DNA of 64,000 nt from Auanema rhodensis (taxonomy: Eukaryota; Animalia; Nematoda), in NCBI GenBank assembly GCA_964057225.1, contig OZ059896.1, positions 16,988,001-17,052,000 on the forward strand, read 5' to 3'. Position numbers and translations under genes: made by a program. Positions 52,801-64,000 of this stretch are shown piece after piece. Under the pieces are notes generated by a model. It was not told where the DNA came from. It saw only the letters and a program-made list of their open reading frames with translations, and did not search any database. Position 1 is the first letter of the stretch, and each line of letters opens with the position of its first letter.

Positions 52801-55800
52801 TCTTCGAATATTCGATTCGAAGTTGTAAACCTTGAGAAGAATTGAAAAAGATAAACGAAATATCAAAATGTGTATGTTGAGGTAATTTCATCTCAACAGT
52901 TACATCAATTTCATTCATTTTTGGAATTACTTCTAAAGATGTCGATTGATATGTGATGCAACTTCGTATAGCATCTGATGGAATATTGAGGAAATTGAGT
53001 ATATCAATCAGAGAATCAGATGAATGATTCATCATATCTAAAACTTCTTGTTTACAATATTTTATAAGTTCTATATTGGATGAAAATACTTCAGTAAATC
53101 CAATTGGTAAGGTTTCAGCAAAGAATCCAATAGAATTCATATTATTGCTCTCTCGATTGGATACAGTTACAGATGTCAAAATTGCAGATGTTTTCATCAA
53201 ATTTCTTATAGAATGAACTATTCCAGCCACTAAAATATGAAAAACTGAACACTCTATCTGATTTGAAATAATTTCCAATCTTTTCTCATATTTCTGTAGA
53301 CACACGATGAGATACGATGCTTCATTTACAATTTCTTTGAAATTACCTTGAATTGCTTTGGCGAAAGTTCTAAACTTAAGTTTCCAAAATTTTTTATCAA
53401 TTTCTGGATTGTTCTTTGGAAATGAATTTTCAAAATTATATGAATTTCCATCATATAAATTAGTTAATTGATCTACTAATATGGCTATACTTCTACCATC
53501 AACAATGATATGATGAAACCATATCACAAGCACATATCGAGATTTATCTTTTCTTTCAAAATTTACTTGAATAGTATCTCTAGTTGATGGTAAGATCAGT
53601 TCTTCATTTCCTAATGAATGAAAGCATTCAGTTCCACTTAGCTGTTCAACTATAAGATCTCCTCTACAAGATATGAACTGTTGTCGCAAACTAAAGTTAT
53701 TCAGTTTTGTTTGGTTTATAACTTGTTCAAGTTTCTTGACATTCAAATTTCCTGATAAGGTTAATTCAAGTTTAATTGTGTAAGCATCTGAATTCGTATG
53801 TAAGCTTTGTAAAAACCAAATTCTTTGTTGTGAAAGACTCATGGCCAAACATTTTTCAGATTTTACATCTTGTTTTTCAACTTTTTCATTATGTTTAGAT
53901 CGGTTTCGAATACGTTCAGAAATATCTCCAACAGTCTTATGCATCATAATATCCATCAACTTTACCGAAATTCCAAACTTTTGAAGATCCTGAATCATCA
54001 AAAGCGCCTTCAAAGAGTCTCCACCGTGGGTGAAAAAATTGGAATTTCTGTTAACATTTGATAAATTCAGATATTTTTTGAATAGACTTCCAATAAAAGA
54101 TTCAATATCATTCAATGTTTCTTTATCTGATTTTGAGTTAGAAGTTGCTGGCAGAGGCAAAGGCAATTTTGATTTGTCAACTTTTCCATTGGCATTTAAA
54201 GGAAATGTTTTCAGAAAAAATATAAGTTTTGGTACTGCATAGTCAGGTAATCTTTCTTTAGCTTTGATTATAATCTCATTTTCAGTTATATTATCCATTT
54301 TCGGTATTATATAAGCAGTAAGATGTTTGTTACCTGTAGTTTCTTGTGAAACAATCAAACAGGACTTAATTTCATCAAAAGTTGTGAAAAATTGTTGAAG
54401 CTGAAATATATATGATATAATAAATAATTTAAATAATACATACATCAGTAATATCAATAATTTGTCCGTTTATTTTTACTTTATGATCAAGTCTAAATAG
54501 ATAATTTAATTTTCCTTGTTGATATTGAACTATATCTCCAGTTTTGAACCTATTCTTGAGCTTTCCAAACTTTTTTCTATTTTCTATTTCATTATTGAAA
54601 TACCCTCTGAGAAATAAAGACTAATATATTATCTAATTCAAGCTTTATACCTGCAAAGCATATTCTTCAAATATAATTCTCCAATAAAACTTCTTGGAAG
54701 TAAGTTACTATTTAAATCTCGAACTTCCATTTCAAGATTATGATATGGCTGTCCAATATCTGATACTGAATCATTCTTTCGAAGTTTTCGAAATGAAGTA
54801 AATACGGTTTGTTCTGTTAAACCATATTCCTAAAAAACAATATTTTAAAAAAGAAATATAATATAAAGATTTAATATTACTTGCATAATATTAATATTCA
54901 TTTCTATTAAATTTTCTAAAGTATTAAGCTGTATAGGTTCTCCACCAAAATGAATTGATTCCAAACATTTCAAACACTTCAATTGTTCAGAAGAAATTGA
55001 AGATAGATAAGCCGGCATAATATAAGCATTAGAACATTTCTTAAGTTCATTTAGTTTTGGAATTTGCTCTGCTGCTAATACACATGAACTTCCGTTTGAC
55101 CAAATTTTAGTCAAGTCGGCAAAAAATATGTCAAATGCATAGTTAACAACCTGAAACTTGAGTTTGGATTTGAATGAATTTTACAGAAAAACCTGGTATA
55201 TAGTAGATCTGGAATTAATAAATAACTTCTTTGTATATTCACATGCTAAATTGCTATGTCCCTTTAGAGGAGTACAAACTGCTTTCGGAATTCCAGTACT
55301 TCCAGAAGTAAATGTCATATAACCCAAATCAGAAGATGCTAGTCTATTGAATTGATTCGAAGAAACGCTTGTGAAGGATTCTGATTCCGAGAAAACATAA
55401 ACATTTTCTTCATTCAAACGATCTTTTAAATCTGAACGATCCGTAATAACAATGCAACTTTTCATTTGTAAAACTGAGTCTACGATCCTATCAATTGGCC
55501 AATCGTAACTGATTGGAATTATTGTTAATCCACACATCCAACTTGAAATAATATTTTGAAGAAGTTCAATATTTCTATTGCAAATTAAGAAAATACTTCT
55601 CTCTATCGCTAATATTTCACCGTGAAATTGGAAGTACTCCTGAGATAGTTGTTGGGAAATAGATAAAGCTTTATCTTTTAATTCTATGAAAGATAGTTTA
55701 TCATTGCAATACTCAATTGAACTATTAACTGATTGATCTTCTTTTATAAAATTTTCAAACACAGTTGATTTAGGGAAATCACTTTTGTTTTTAAAAGAAT

Positions 55801-58089
55801 TATTAGAATCAATCTCTAATTCATATTGTGATATAACTGAGATTTCCGAAATTATGCGATGTATACCATGAGATGAAAGATTCTTCAAAATGAAAATGAA
55901 CTTGTTACTTAATTCAGTAATAAATTGATTTGAATATAAATCCGTTTGATATTCGATAACTATATTATATTGATTTTCTGGAGATTTTCCAAAATACCAA
56001 GTTTGCTCATATTTGGAAAAGTTATGATTCACAAAAGAGACATCATGATTATTTGAATCTGAATGATTATCTTGAACAAGAAGAACCTTAAAATGAATTA
56101 TATTAAATATATTATTATTGTTTCAAACATACCTGGAAAAGAGGTAATAACTCTACTCTATCGCCAGGTGATTGTTTAACTAAATCACGAAATGGTACCG
56201 TTGAATGGTTAATAATCTGGTGAATCTGCTGGGATATTCGAAGCAGAAAATCGTGAAAAGTTAATGAAGAATCGATTGATATGAACAGAGGCAATGTATT
56301 CACGAAGCAACCAATTATATCTTGACTTTCTTCATTCCGTACAGACACAGGGAAACCAATACAGAAATCACTAATTAGAGCAACTTTATGAATTAATAGA
56401 GAATAAATAGAAACGAATATAGAAAAATCTGAGCAGTTTGATGGCTCTCGAAGTTTTCTGATAAATTCTGTAAAAGATGCTGGTATTTCTACAATTTTAC
56501 GGCAACCGTGTGATGATTGCAGGTTTCGTCTTGGAAATTCGCTTATAATTTTTTCAGATTTATCACAAAATTTTGTGAGATTGTCTTCCCAATATTGCTT
56601 ATCCTTTTCTTTTATTTCAAAGTTGCACTCATAATACTGTTTACCTATCTTGATATTCTTCTTTTCCAACAAATATTTTAATTGTTTCATAAAAATTGAA
56701 ATTGAAATACTGTCAATAGCTACATGATGAAAATTGAAATATATTTTGAAGTTATGATCGGAATTTCTCAAAAATATTTTCAACGGAATATCAGTTAAGA
56801 TATTCATATTTGTATCAAAATCATTTAAATGTTGATTTATACAAGGTGAAAGAAAACATTCAGTTCCAGATAAAATTGTAAAAGGATAGGAACGTTCAGT
56901 CATACTGTTAAGCGAAGATTCGTAAATAATTCGAAGAATTTTATGATACATAATCAACTTATTAATATAATGAAATAAAGACTTAATAGAATATTGACTT
57001 TGTTGAAAATTTACAGAAAAACTTTCTAAAAACTGTCCTCTTTCATTTGAATATAATTCATTTAAAATCATAAATTGGATTTGTTGATATGATAATTCAT
57101 AGTTTATTTTATCATTCACCTTCAGTGAATTAGTACTATTCATTTCAATGGGTGATGAATGATGTCGATTACATATTGATTTGATATAACAATATAATCG
57201 AAATATTGTATCATATTCTGATGTTATACCAATTTCAATAGGAAACTCTTTCATTAGCAAAAGTTCTAATTGGGTTCGTTGAAGAGAATCCATTCCCATT
57301 CTGATAAATGTTTCATGCTCATTAAAGCTTTTTGTGGAAAATCCAACAATTTCAAAATATGGTAAGAAAAATCCTACATAATTAAAATCTGTTGCCTCCA
57401 AATAGGATGCTTTTAGCTGAGAAGATAATGATAATTCTTCAAAATGTATGTTCTCAACCTTTGCTATAATCATTCCATTTGAATTACAAACAGACAAACT
57501 CACAGAGCTATTACTTCTTTTTATACATTTAATCTCAATTGAACCACAACAGAAAACTGGTAGAATCACCTTATCAATGGATTGAATATGATTAACATCG
57601 ACCGGAAGTGACTTTTCTAACAATATTTTCATCAATATTATTAGGTGTTCATCTTTGAATATGTGATCCTCAGCCACCGAAATTTTTAGGACTCCCTCTT
57701 CATCCTGCTGATAATGGCTAACGACATCGTTAATATTGTCTGTTTCAAGAAGATCACATATAGTTGCAACATCAGTTGAGCATAGAGATAGTGGAGTTAT
57801 CTTATTATCTGAATTACTCATAAGTTCAATTTCTGTTGAAGTTAGGCTTTTGATATTGGCTGCTAAATAATAATTATCATAATATTTCCATAGATAACAT
57901 CTTCTAAAAATAAAAATAAATAAAATAGCAATATCTAAGTTACGTAACGTACTCATTTCTCTCTGGAAGATTACTCAAATCTGATGTTTTGGTTAAATTT
58001 TCTATCAAAAGTTGAAGAGAAAATGTATCAGACATTAATCTGGCATCAGATACGAACTGAATGAAATTATCCCAAAAATCATTATTCAT
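46826..58089 (-). CDS. nrps-1: Nonribosomal peptide synthetase, nemamide NRPS-1-like; about 3,509 aa; (DH-like)-ACP-C-A-PCP-C-PCP-C-C-PCP-A-PCP*-PCP-TE
   Basis: Ten exons (58089-57944, 57903-56133, 56086-55193, 55150-54881, 54829-54651, 54606-54444, 54400-49295, 49251-47527, 47474-47308, 46934-46826) total 10,530 nt, in frame, with GT-AG introns. Carriers GMDSL, GGDSL, GGHSL, GGNSL, GGNSM; C motifs HHVAIDS, HHIIVDG, NHLISDG, HHIVSDA; A motifs TSGSTGIPK/YGLTE/FKTGD/NGK and TSGTTGTPK/YGPTE/YKTGD/QVKIRGHRVEL; TE GASMGG plus GTHSSML. Confidence 0.92.
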
Positions 58090-58505
58090 CTTTTATAACT
58101 ATAAAAGAATTATAACTAAAAAAAAGTAAGTATATATATAATATCTATAAAAAAGCAATATTCAAAGAGAATAGACAGAAAGAGAGGAAGAAACAAAAAT
58201 GAAGAATACTAGATTAGATACAAACATAATATAGATAGTAATTTGCTGATTGCTGCCAATTTCTGCTAAATAAGTTGTAATTACCCTTATTACAATTACT
58301 ATTATGGCAGAACTTTTAAAAATATTTATTTATAACAATATTTGAGACTAAAAACTTTTTTAAAATTGTTAAAAGTTTTACGCGAATTATCAAATGTTAT
58401 TTTCATTTAATACTGACAGAAGAAACAGTACGGTTGTAATATTTACATCATATATACAATTCATTTACAAATTCTTTATTATTAGTTATTATTATCCTTA
58501 CTATT

Positions 58506-58564
<59 letters not shown>

Positions 58565-59082
58565 GAATATATTCTCTTGATCACTGTGTAAATTTTTATT
58601 AAAGGTACTTGTAAACTGTATTTGAAATTTTACAAGGTCTTATTATTCTAAACACACAGCATTTTTATTATTAATTGTACAATGCTCGCAACTTTTTATA
58701 CATACGTTCAAGCATACGTAAATCATCATTATCATTTTAGAATTAATTTTAATTTTATTTTTTACATTGTTTTCTCAAATTTTTTTGATAAATCCAAGCA
58801 TTGAAATTACTGTGGCTAGGCGGCAGAAGTATTTTTGCTCCAATGCGAAAAATCTGCTCCAATGAGAACATTAAATTAAAACGGCGTACGCAGTATTCAA
58901 CTTTGAAGCTTTTGAAAAATTCTTTTTTTCTGTTATTTTTCTATTTGATAATGTCGATAATTTATTATTTTGTTGCAAATTGTTCATGTTTATAAAATTA
59001 TTGTTCGAACTTAATATATTTTCCCTAATATACTTCATTAACATGTTTAGGTTTATTCTGTGGCCAACCTCTTCCTTTTAAA
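58090..59082. promoter_or_regulatory. Divergent promoter region between NRPS and CTR9/CINP-like
   Basis: Head-to-head start codons about 1 kb apart; trans-splice-like TGTTTAG ending at 59050. Confidence 0.45.
58504..58562. repeat. Compound (TCT)n(TAT)n trinucleotide repeat
   Basis: Direct inspection; explains the poly-S/poly-Y pseudo-ORF 58394-58591. Confidence 0.95.
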
Positions 59083-62000
59083 ATGGCCACTATTTTATCA
59101 GCTCAAGAACGAGCCATGAGGAAAGATCCTCCAAAGAATTGTGTAGTTATTCCACTTCGAGATACTCTAGATGATGTAAGTTTTTTATTTTTTAAATTCT
59201 TTTTCCGTTTGATTGTTGAAGGGGGATCTTCTAGGCCTCAGCTCTTAAAACTCTGCGGAGATTTACTATAGAAGTTTGGAATTTAACCCAAAATTGGATT
59301 ACCTGTTCTCGTAATGCTACGAGCATACTTGAAGTCCTTGTTAACAATCGCTTAAAAATATTATATTCTCGTAATTCATACGCGTTTGATGAGTTTTCTT
59401 CGTCAAAATTATCAGACTTCGAGCGAAAAGAGGCCCTTTCCATTATAGTAGATCATGTAACGCTTATAAACAATGATATTGATAAACTCCAACGTATTAT
59501 CGATAAATTTGGAACTGCCTTGACTAGAACTAATGCATATAATGAATTGTATCCAAAAGCTGGTCCTCAAATAACTCATATCTTGACCACTCTTACTGAT
59601 TGTATTCCCGAAGTTATAGATATGTATGAAAAAGAACTCCAATGCAAGCGTGACGGCCTAACAGATATTTCTAAGTTTGAAAATTTCAATGTTTTTTCTG
59701 CTATATGCCTGTCCTTCAAATATGAGCCATTTGTTGATGAGAACTTGATAGCTAAACTTTATGCATTAGTGTCAACTGAAGCATAGCATCGCTATGAATA
59801 AATCTTTATGCAAAACTATCTTCTTTTCTTTTATTAAACAAGAAGCTACAGTTCAATCCATTACAGGAAAGTATCGAGATCAATTTCGAAGATTTGCCAG
59901 ATGGAAATGAGGTACTTCAAATTTTACGAGCCGAGAAGGCTTATCTTCACTATTGGATTCGATTAGGGGTATAGCTTAAATCTTATGTTGAATATTATGC
60001 CAAATATGCTTATAGCTGGAATATTACCGTAAAGGTTTATATGATGTTTTCGTACGTCTCTTGGAAAATTCGGGAAGTGAAGCATCTCTTGATTATGAGG
60101 ATGTTTCAAACGATCAAATGAAAGCCTTAGATATTTTAGCAGCTTATTTCGTTAGATTGGTGAGTTTTATGAGGTTAATATTAGATGAAAGATTCCTTAT
60201 TAAGGCACACAAGGAGAGGGCTAATAAGGAACGTAAAAGGGATTTATTTGCCAAAGCCACCCTTTTATATACTACAGCTGATAAGCTGAAAATGTACGAT
60301 ACAGACCATTTGACAGGAAGAGCTTACTTTTGTCTCGTGGAAGGAAAGCACAACAAATTGGACTCTGCTGCGCAGCAGTTTAATTTCGTTTTAAAGCAGG
60401 TATTCTATCGGACAACATGTTTTTTTACTTTAAGTATTGCTTTAGAATTCTAACGATATTGCTGCTATGATGGGAATGGCATGTATTTCTTTTAATAAGA
60501 AAGATTATAAAACTGCTCTTTATTACTATAAAAAAGTAATTTTGTCGCCGCTTGGAAAATTTAACTGATATTTGTATTACAGTGTCTAAGACAAAAACCC
60601 ATAGGACCCCCGGATTTTCGGGTTGGAATAGGTTATTGCTTAGCCAGAATGAACAAATATGAAAAGGCTCGGTATTCGTTTTTATATTGTTTTAAATTCT
60701 ATGTTACTATTTTCAGAATTGCTTTTGAAAGGGCACTAGAAATTCAAGCAACTCATGTATCAGCTCTTACTGCTCTCGCAATCATGGATCTAAACGAATA
60801 TACTGAGCACTCATTACAAGTACTGATTTTGTTTTTGTATAGCTGTGTTAAATATTTAAATTTCAGTTAGCCGTTCACAGACTTAGTGCTGCATATAAAT
60901 TAGAGCCTGAGAATCCTGTAGTTTTAGTTCATCTTGCCAACCACTTTTTCTATAGAGAGGTTTAGAATTCTTTCAAATTATTTAGAATTCTTCTTTATTT
61001 AGGATCGTGCTCGTGCTGAACAACTTGCTTGGCATGCTATGTCAATTGCCGAGAGTGATCAAATTCGGGCTGAAGCGTGTTTCCAGCTGGCGCGTTGTTT
61101 TCACTGTAATAAGGATTATGACAAAGCCTTCAAGGTACTTCGAAAAATCCAAATTTTGATGGACATTTTTCTTTGTAGTATTATTACCAAGCTACAACTT
61201 TGAATCATCCCTCCTTCATTTTACCTTATTATGGTCTTGGTCAGTTACATATTCAACGTGGTGAATATAATCAGGTATAATATATAATTATATATAGATC
61301 GTGTTAATTGTCATTTTTTGAGGCTATTCATGCTTTTGAAAATATTTTGAAAGTTCATCCGAACAATACCGAAACTTTGAAAATAGTAGGATCACTTTAT
61401 GCTCATTCCGAACAAGATAATCATGAAAGAAGACAAAAAGCTCGTGATGCATTCGCGAAATATTTGGCAGTGTTCCCTGATGATATTGAAGCATTGATTG
61501 ATATGGCTCAATTATTGGAATATGTTGATCCTCAGGTACGTTTATTCATTTTGCTTGCACTGATAGTTTTTTTCTTCTATAGAAATCATTGAATTATTAT
61601 GAACATGCTGTTGAGTTATTATCCAAAGAAGAAATTGATTCGCCTGCTGAAATTTTAAACAACATGGGATCTCTTCATATGCATTTAGGAAATTTCAAGC
61701 AAGCTTTGGAGTGCTATGCGGATGCTGAGCATCGTCTTCTGGTTTATAAAAATTCCAAATTATCTAAAACATTTTATATTCAAATTTAGATGGAAAATGC
61801 CATGGAAACTTCAGATGGTCAAAATGTTTTACTAACTATTCGTTATAACAAAGGAAGATGTTATGAGCATATGTGTCTTTTTGATGATGCTGCTGACATT
61901 TACAAAGGAATTTTAAAAATCAGAGAAGATTATATTGACTGTGCGTTTCAGCTTCTTATCGCATTTTAAATAACCCTTTTCAGGCATGATTCGCTTAGGT

Positions 62001-64000
62001 TGTCTTGCTAGAGATCGGGGGCAAATTTATGATGCCTCTGTTCAATTCAAGGAAGCAATGTCAATAAACCCCGGTCATGCTGACGCCTGGACTTTAATAG
62101 GTAATTTGCATATGGCAAAACATGAGTAAGTTGATTTATAATTCAACATGTTTTGAACAATTTTTTATAGATGGGGACCAGCCCAAAAGAAGTTTGAGCA
62201 CATTCTCAAACTTGGCGATCTCAAGCACGATGCCTACTCACATATAGCCTTAGGAAATATCTGGTTGGAATCTTTATTCAGTCCAACAAGAGATCGTCGT
62301 AACGTATCATTTTTATATTCCTGTTTGCTTTGTTAATTTTCTGTATTTAGGATGAAAAATACATGGATCGTGCTATCAGCATGTTCGCTAAAGCTATCAA
62401 AATTCAACCAAGAAATATGTGGGGAGCAAATGGTTTAGGTTGTGTATTAGCTTTGAAGAAACAATGGTTAGAAGCTAGAGATATCTTTACTCAGGTATTT
62501 TTTCATTAATTGTTTAACTTATCGTTATTTATGTTAGGTTCGTGAAGCAACAGCTGAATTTTTTGATGTTTGGATCAACATTGCTCATGTATATATGGAA
62601 ACTAGACAATACGTTCCAGCTATCCAAATGTAAAGTTCTCTCTTCGAAATTTAGGCAAGGTTTTTCTTATAGGTATGTCAATGCTATGAAGAAATTCGGC
62701 CGAGAAAGTGATTCTCTTATGCTTATGTATTTAGCTAGAGCCTACTTCCGAGCTAGCAAGCTTCAGGAAAGTAGAGAAACTCTAGAGAAAGCTATCTTTG
62801 AAGCTCCAGATAACGTGCAAATCAAGTTTAACCATTCTTTCATTCTAAAAAAAATGGCTAAAGAAACGTTGGAAGACGTAAAATCCACAACTAATATGGT
62901 CAATGGAGCTATCGAGGATTTACGCACCGCTGAACGGTTTAGCTATCTGTCCATCCCTTGGTTTATTTCTTTATTTCAGTGTTTTAACTTACATTAGCAA
63001 TAACAAAGATGATAGCTTAAGCGGTGCTAGATATATATCACGTACATCAGCTGGAGAAGAAGCTCGTGAATGTAGGGATTTGTTGAAACAAGCTCAAACA
63101 TATCTTGCTCGCGCCCAGCAGCAAGACGAAGAGGAAAGTCGACTCAGAGCAAAACAAGAAGAAGTCTGTGATTTTATATTTTTCTTTCATTGTTTCTTAA
63201 TTGCAGGAGCGCTTATCGTTAATGCGCAAGATGCAAGAGGAACAACAAGAAAAAGAGGCCGAGCGATTACGAAAGGAAGATGAATTACGGTCTCTACGTC
63301 ATACTTATGTCAGTATGACAAAGGATATCTTGAAAATGCCAGAGGTGAGATATCATCCAACTATTCAACTCATATATGGTTGTAATTTTTTTCAGATTGT
63401 TGAAGAAAAGAAATCCAGAGGATATGGAAAGAAAAGGAAAGGAGGCGCCGATGAGGGCGAATTTGTTAACGACAGCTCTGATATGGGAGATTGGCAGGGT
63501 GAAGAAGGAGGAGAGCGAAAGGAAAGGAAGAAGAAAGACGTACTATATATATCTTATTTTCGTGGTGGTATAAATTCCTACTTTTCAGAAAGAATCCAAG
63601 AAAGCTTCTCGTAAACGTAGAGAAAAAAGAGAAAGAGGTGGAGGTAGTGGATCAGATCAAGATGATCGTAAAGCTGATAGACGAAAAAAGAAGGAGGAAG
63701 CTGCTGCTCGAAAAGCTGAATCTAAAATGTCAAAACAAAGTGCCAAATGTATGCATAAATTTGGATATTATCAAGCATACAAATTCATTTTGCAGTTAAA
63801 AGTCGTGCTTTCCTTCCATCAGACGAAGATTCTTCGGATGACAATGCTCCAGGACCTTCAGAACCAAAAGATGACTCAGCTGCAGCTGAATTTGAAGATA
63901 GTCCACCTCGGGCTCCAATCAGTAGCAGTGATAGTGACGATAGTGTACCAAAACCACGAAAGAAGAAGGTATTAGTAATGAAAAGTATATCCAAGTATTC
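59083..64000 (+). CDS. ctr-9: PAF1-complex TPR subunit CTR9 (continues beyond the window)
   Basis: IPLRDTLDD|[20 protein letters not shown] (cf. [23 protein letters not shown]), [10 protein letters not shown], many TPRs, [26 protein letters not shown], acidic/basic C-terminal tail. Confidence 0.95.
59235..59786 (+). CDS. CINP-like coding terminal exon nested in CTR9 intron 1; spliced to the shared exon 59083-59175 it gives a ~214-aa protein
   Basis: 552-nt open frame starting right after TCTTCTAG (phase 0), 59 nt after the exon-1 donor. [47 protein letters not shown] resembles CINP (..WHNLILKW..MYRKELLLKR..YLSMWLHQPYVES). AATAAA at 59797-59802. Confidence 0.75.
   Translation, partial: ASALKTLRRFTIEVWNLTQNWITCSRNATSILEVLVNNRLKILYSRNSYAFDEFSSSKLSDFERKEALSIIVDHVTLINNDIDKLQRIIDKFGTALTRTNAYNELYPKAGPQITHILTTLTDCIPEVIDMYEKELQCKRDGLTDISKFENFNVFSAICLSFKYEPFVDENLIAKLYALVSTEA
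59797..59802 (+). terminator. Poly(A) signal for the nested CINP-like exon
   Basis: AATAAA 10 nt after the TAG, followed by a T-rich tract (59820-59835), upstream of the CTR9 exon-2 acceptor at 59866. Confidence 0.55.

Noticed and set aside
47494-57956. NRPS as bacterial contamination, recent HGT, or a frameshifted multi-ORF cluster
   Set aside because: Every ORF break is explained by a GT-AG intron that restores frame, the composition is AT-rich like the host, and nematode genes flank it.
58394-58591. Poly-Ser/poly-Tyr ORF
   Set aside because: Product of a (TCT)n(TAT)n repeat.
1-64000. CRISPR arrays, tRNA/rRNA/SL RNA genes, telomeric repeats, piRNA motif clusters
   Set aside because: None recognised by eye; the sequence is eukaryotic and shows no spaced direct-repeat array. 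A covariance-model scan was not possible.

Overview
AT-rich eukaryotic DNA, almost certainly from a nematode: ~45-60 nt introns, TTTCAG-type acceptors, trans-splice-like AGs just before ATGs, and nematode-specific gene families. The ORF track mostly shows exon fragments, so gene models were spliced by hand. In order: LIN-24-like aerolysin/ETX-MTX2 gene (-, 3' end unresolved); ZDHHC6 (-); ALY/REF (-); E(z)/MES-2 (+); peroxisomal carnitine acyltransferase (+); orphan secreted, probably GPI-anchored protein (+); peptide-type GPCR (+); ground-like protein (+); disrupted serpentine chemoreceptor (-); Cys-rich secreted protein (+); Sre chemoreceptor (+); equilibrative nucleoside transporter (-); 10-exon, ~3,509-aa nonribosomal peptide synthetase related to nemamide NRPS-1 (-); CTR9 (+, runs off the window). 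Three highlights. (1) A CINP-like coding exon lies inside CTR9 intron 1, splices in frame to CTR9 coding exon 1 and has its own poly(A) signal, so one first exon would serve two unrelated proteins. (2) The NRPS has four C domains including a C-C tandem, a possible PKS dehydratase relic at its N-terminus, and a transporter ~360 bp downstream. (3) Three symmetric phase-1 exons insert 170 charged residues into the CXC domain of E(z)/MES-2. All family assignments are from motif recognition by eye; no searches were run.
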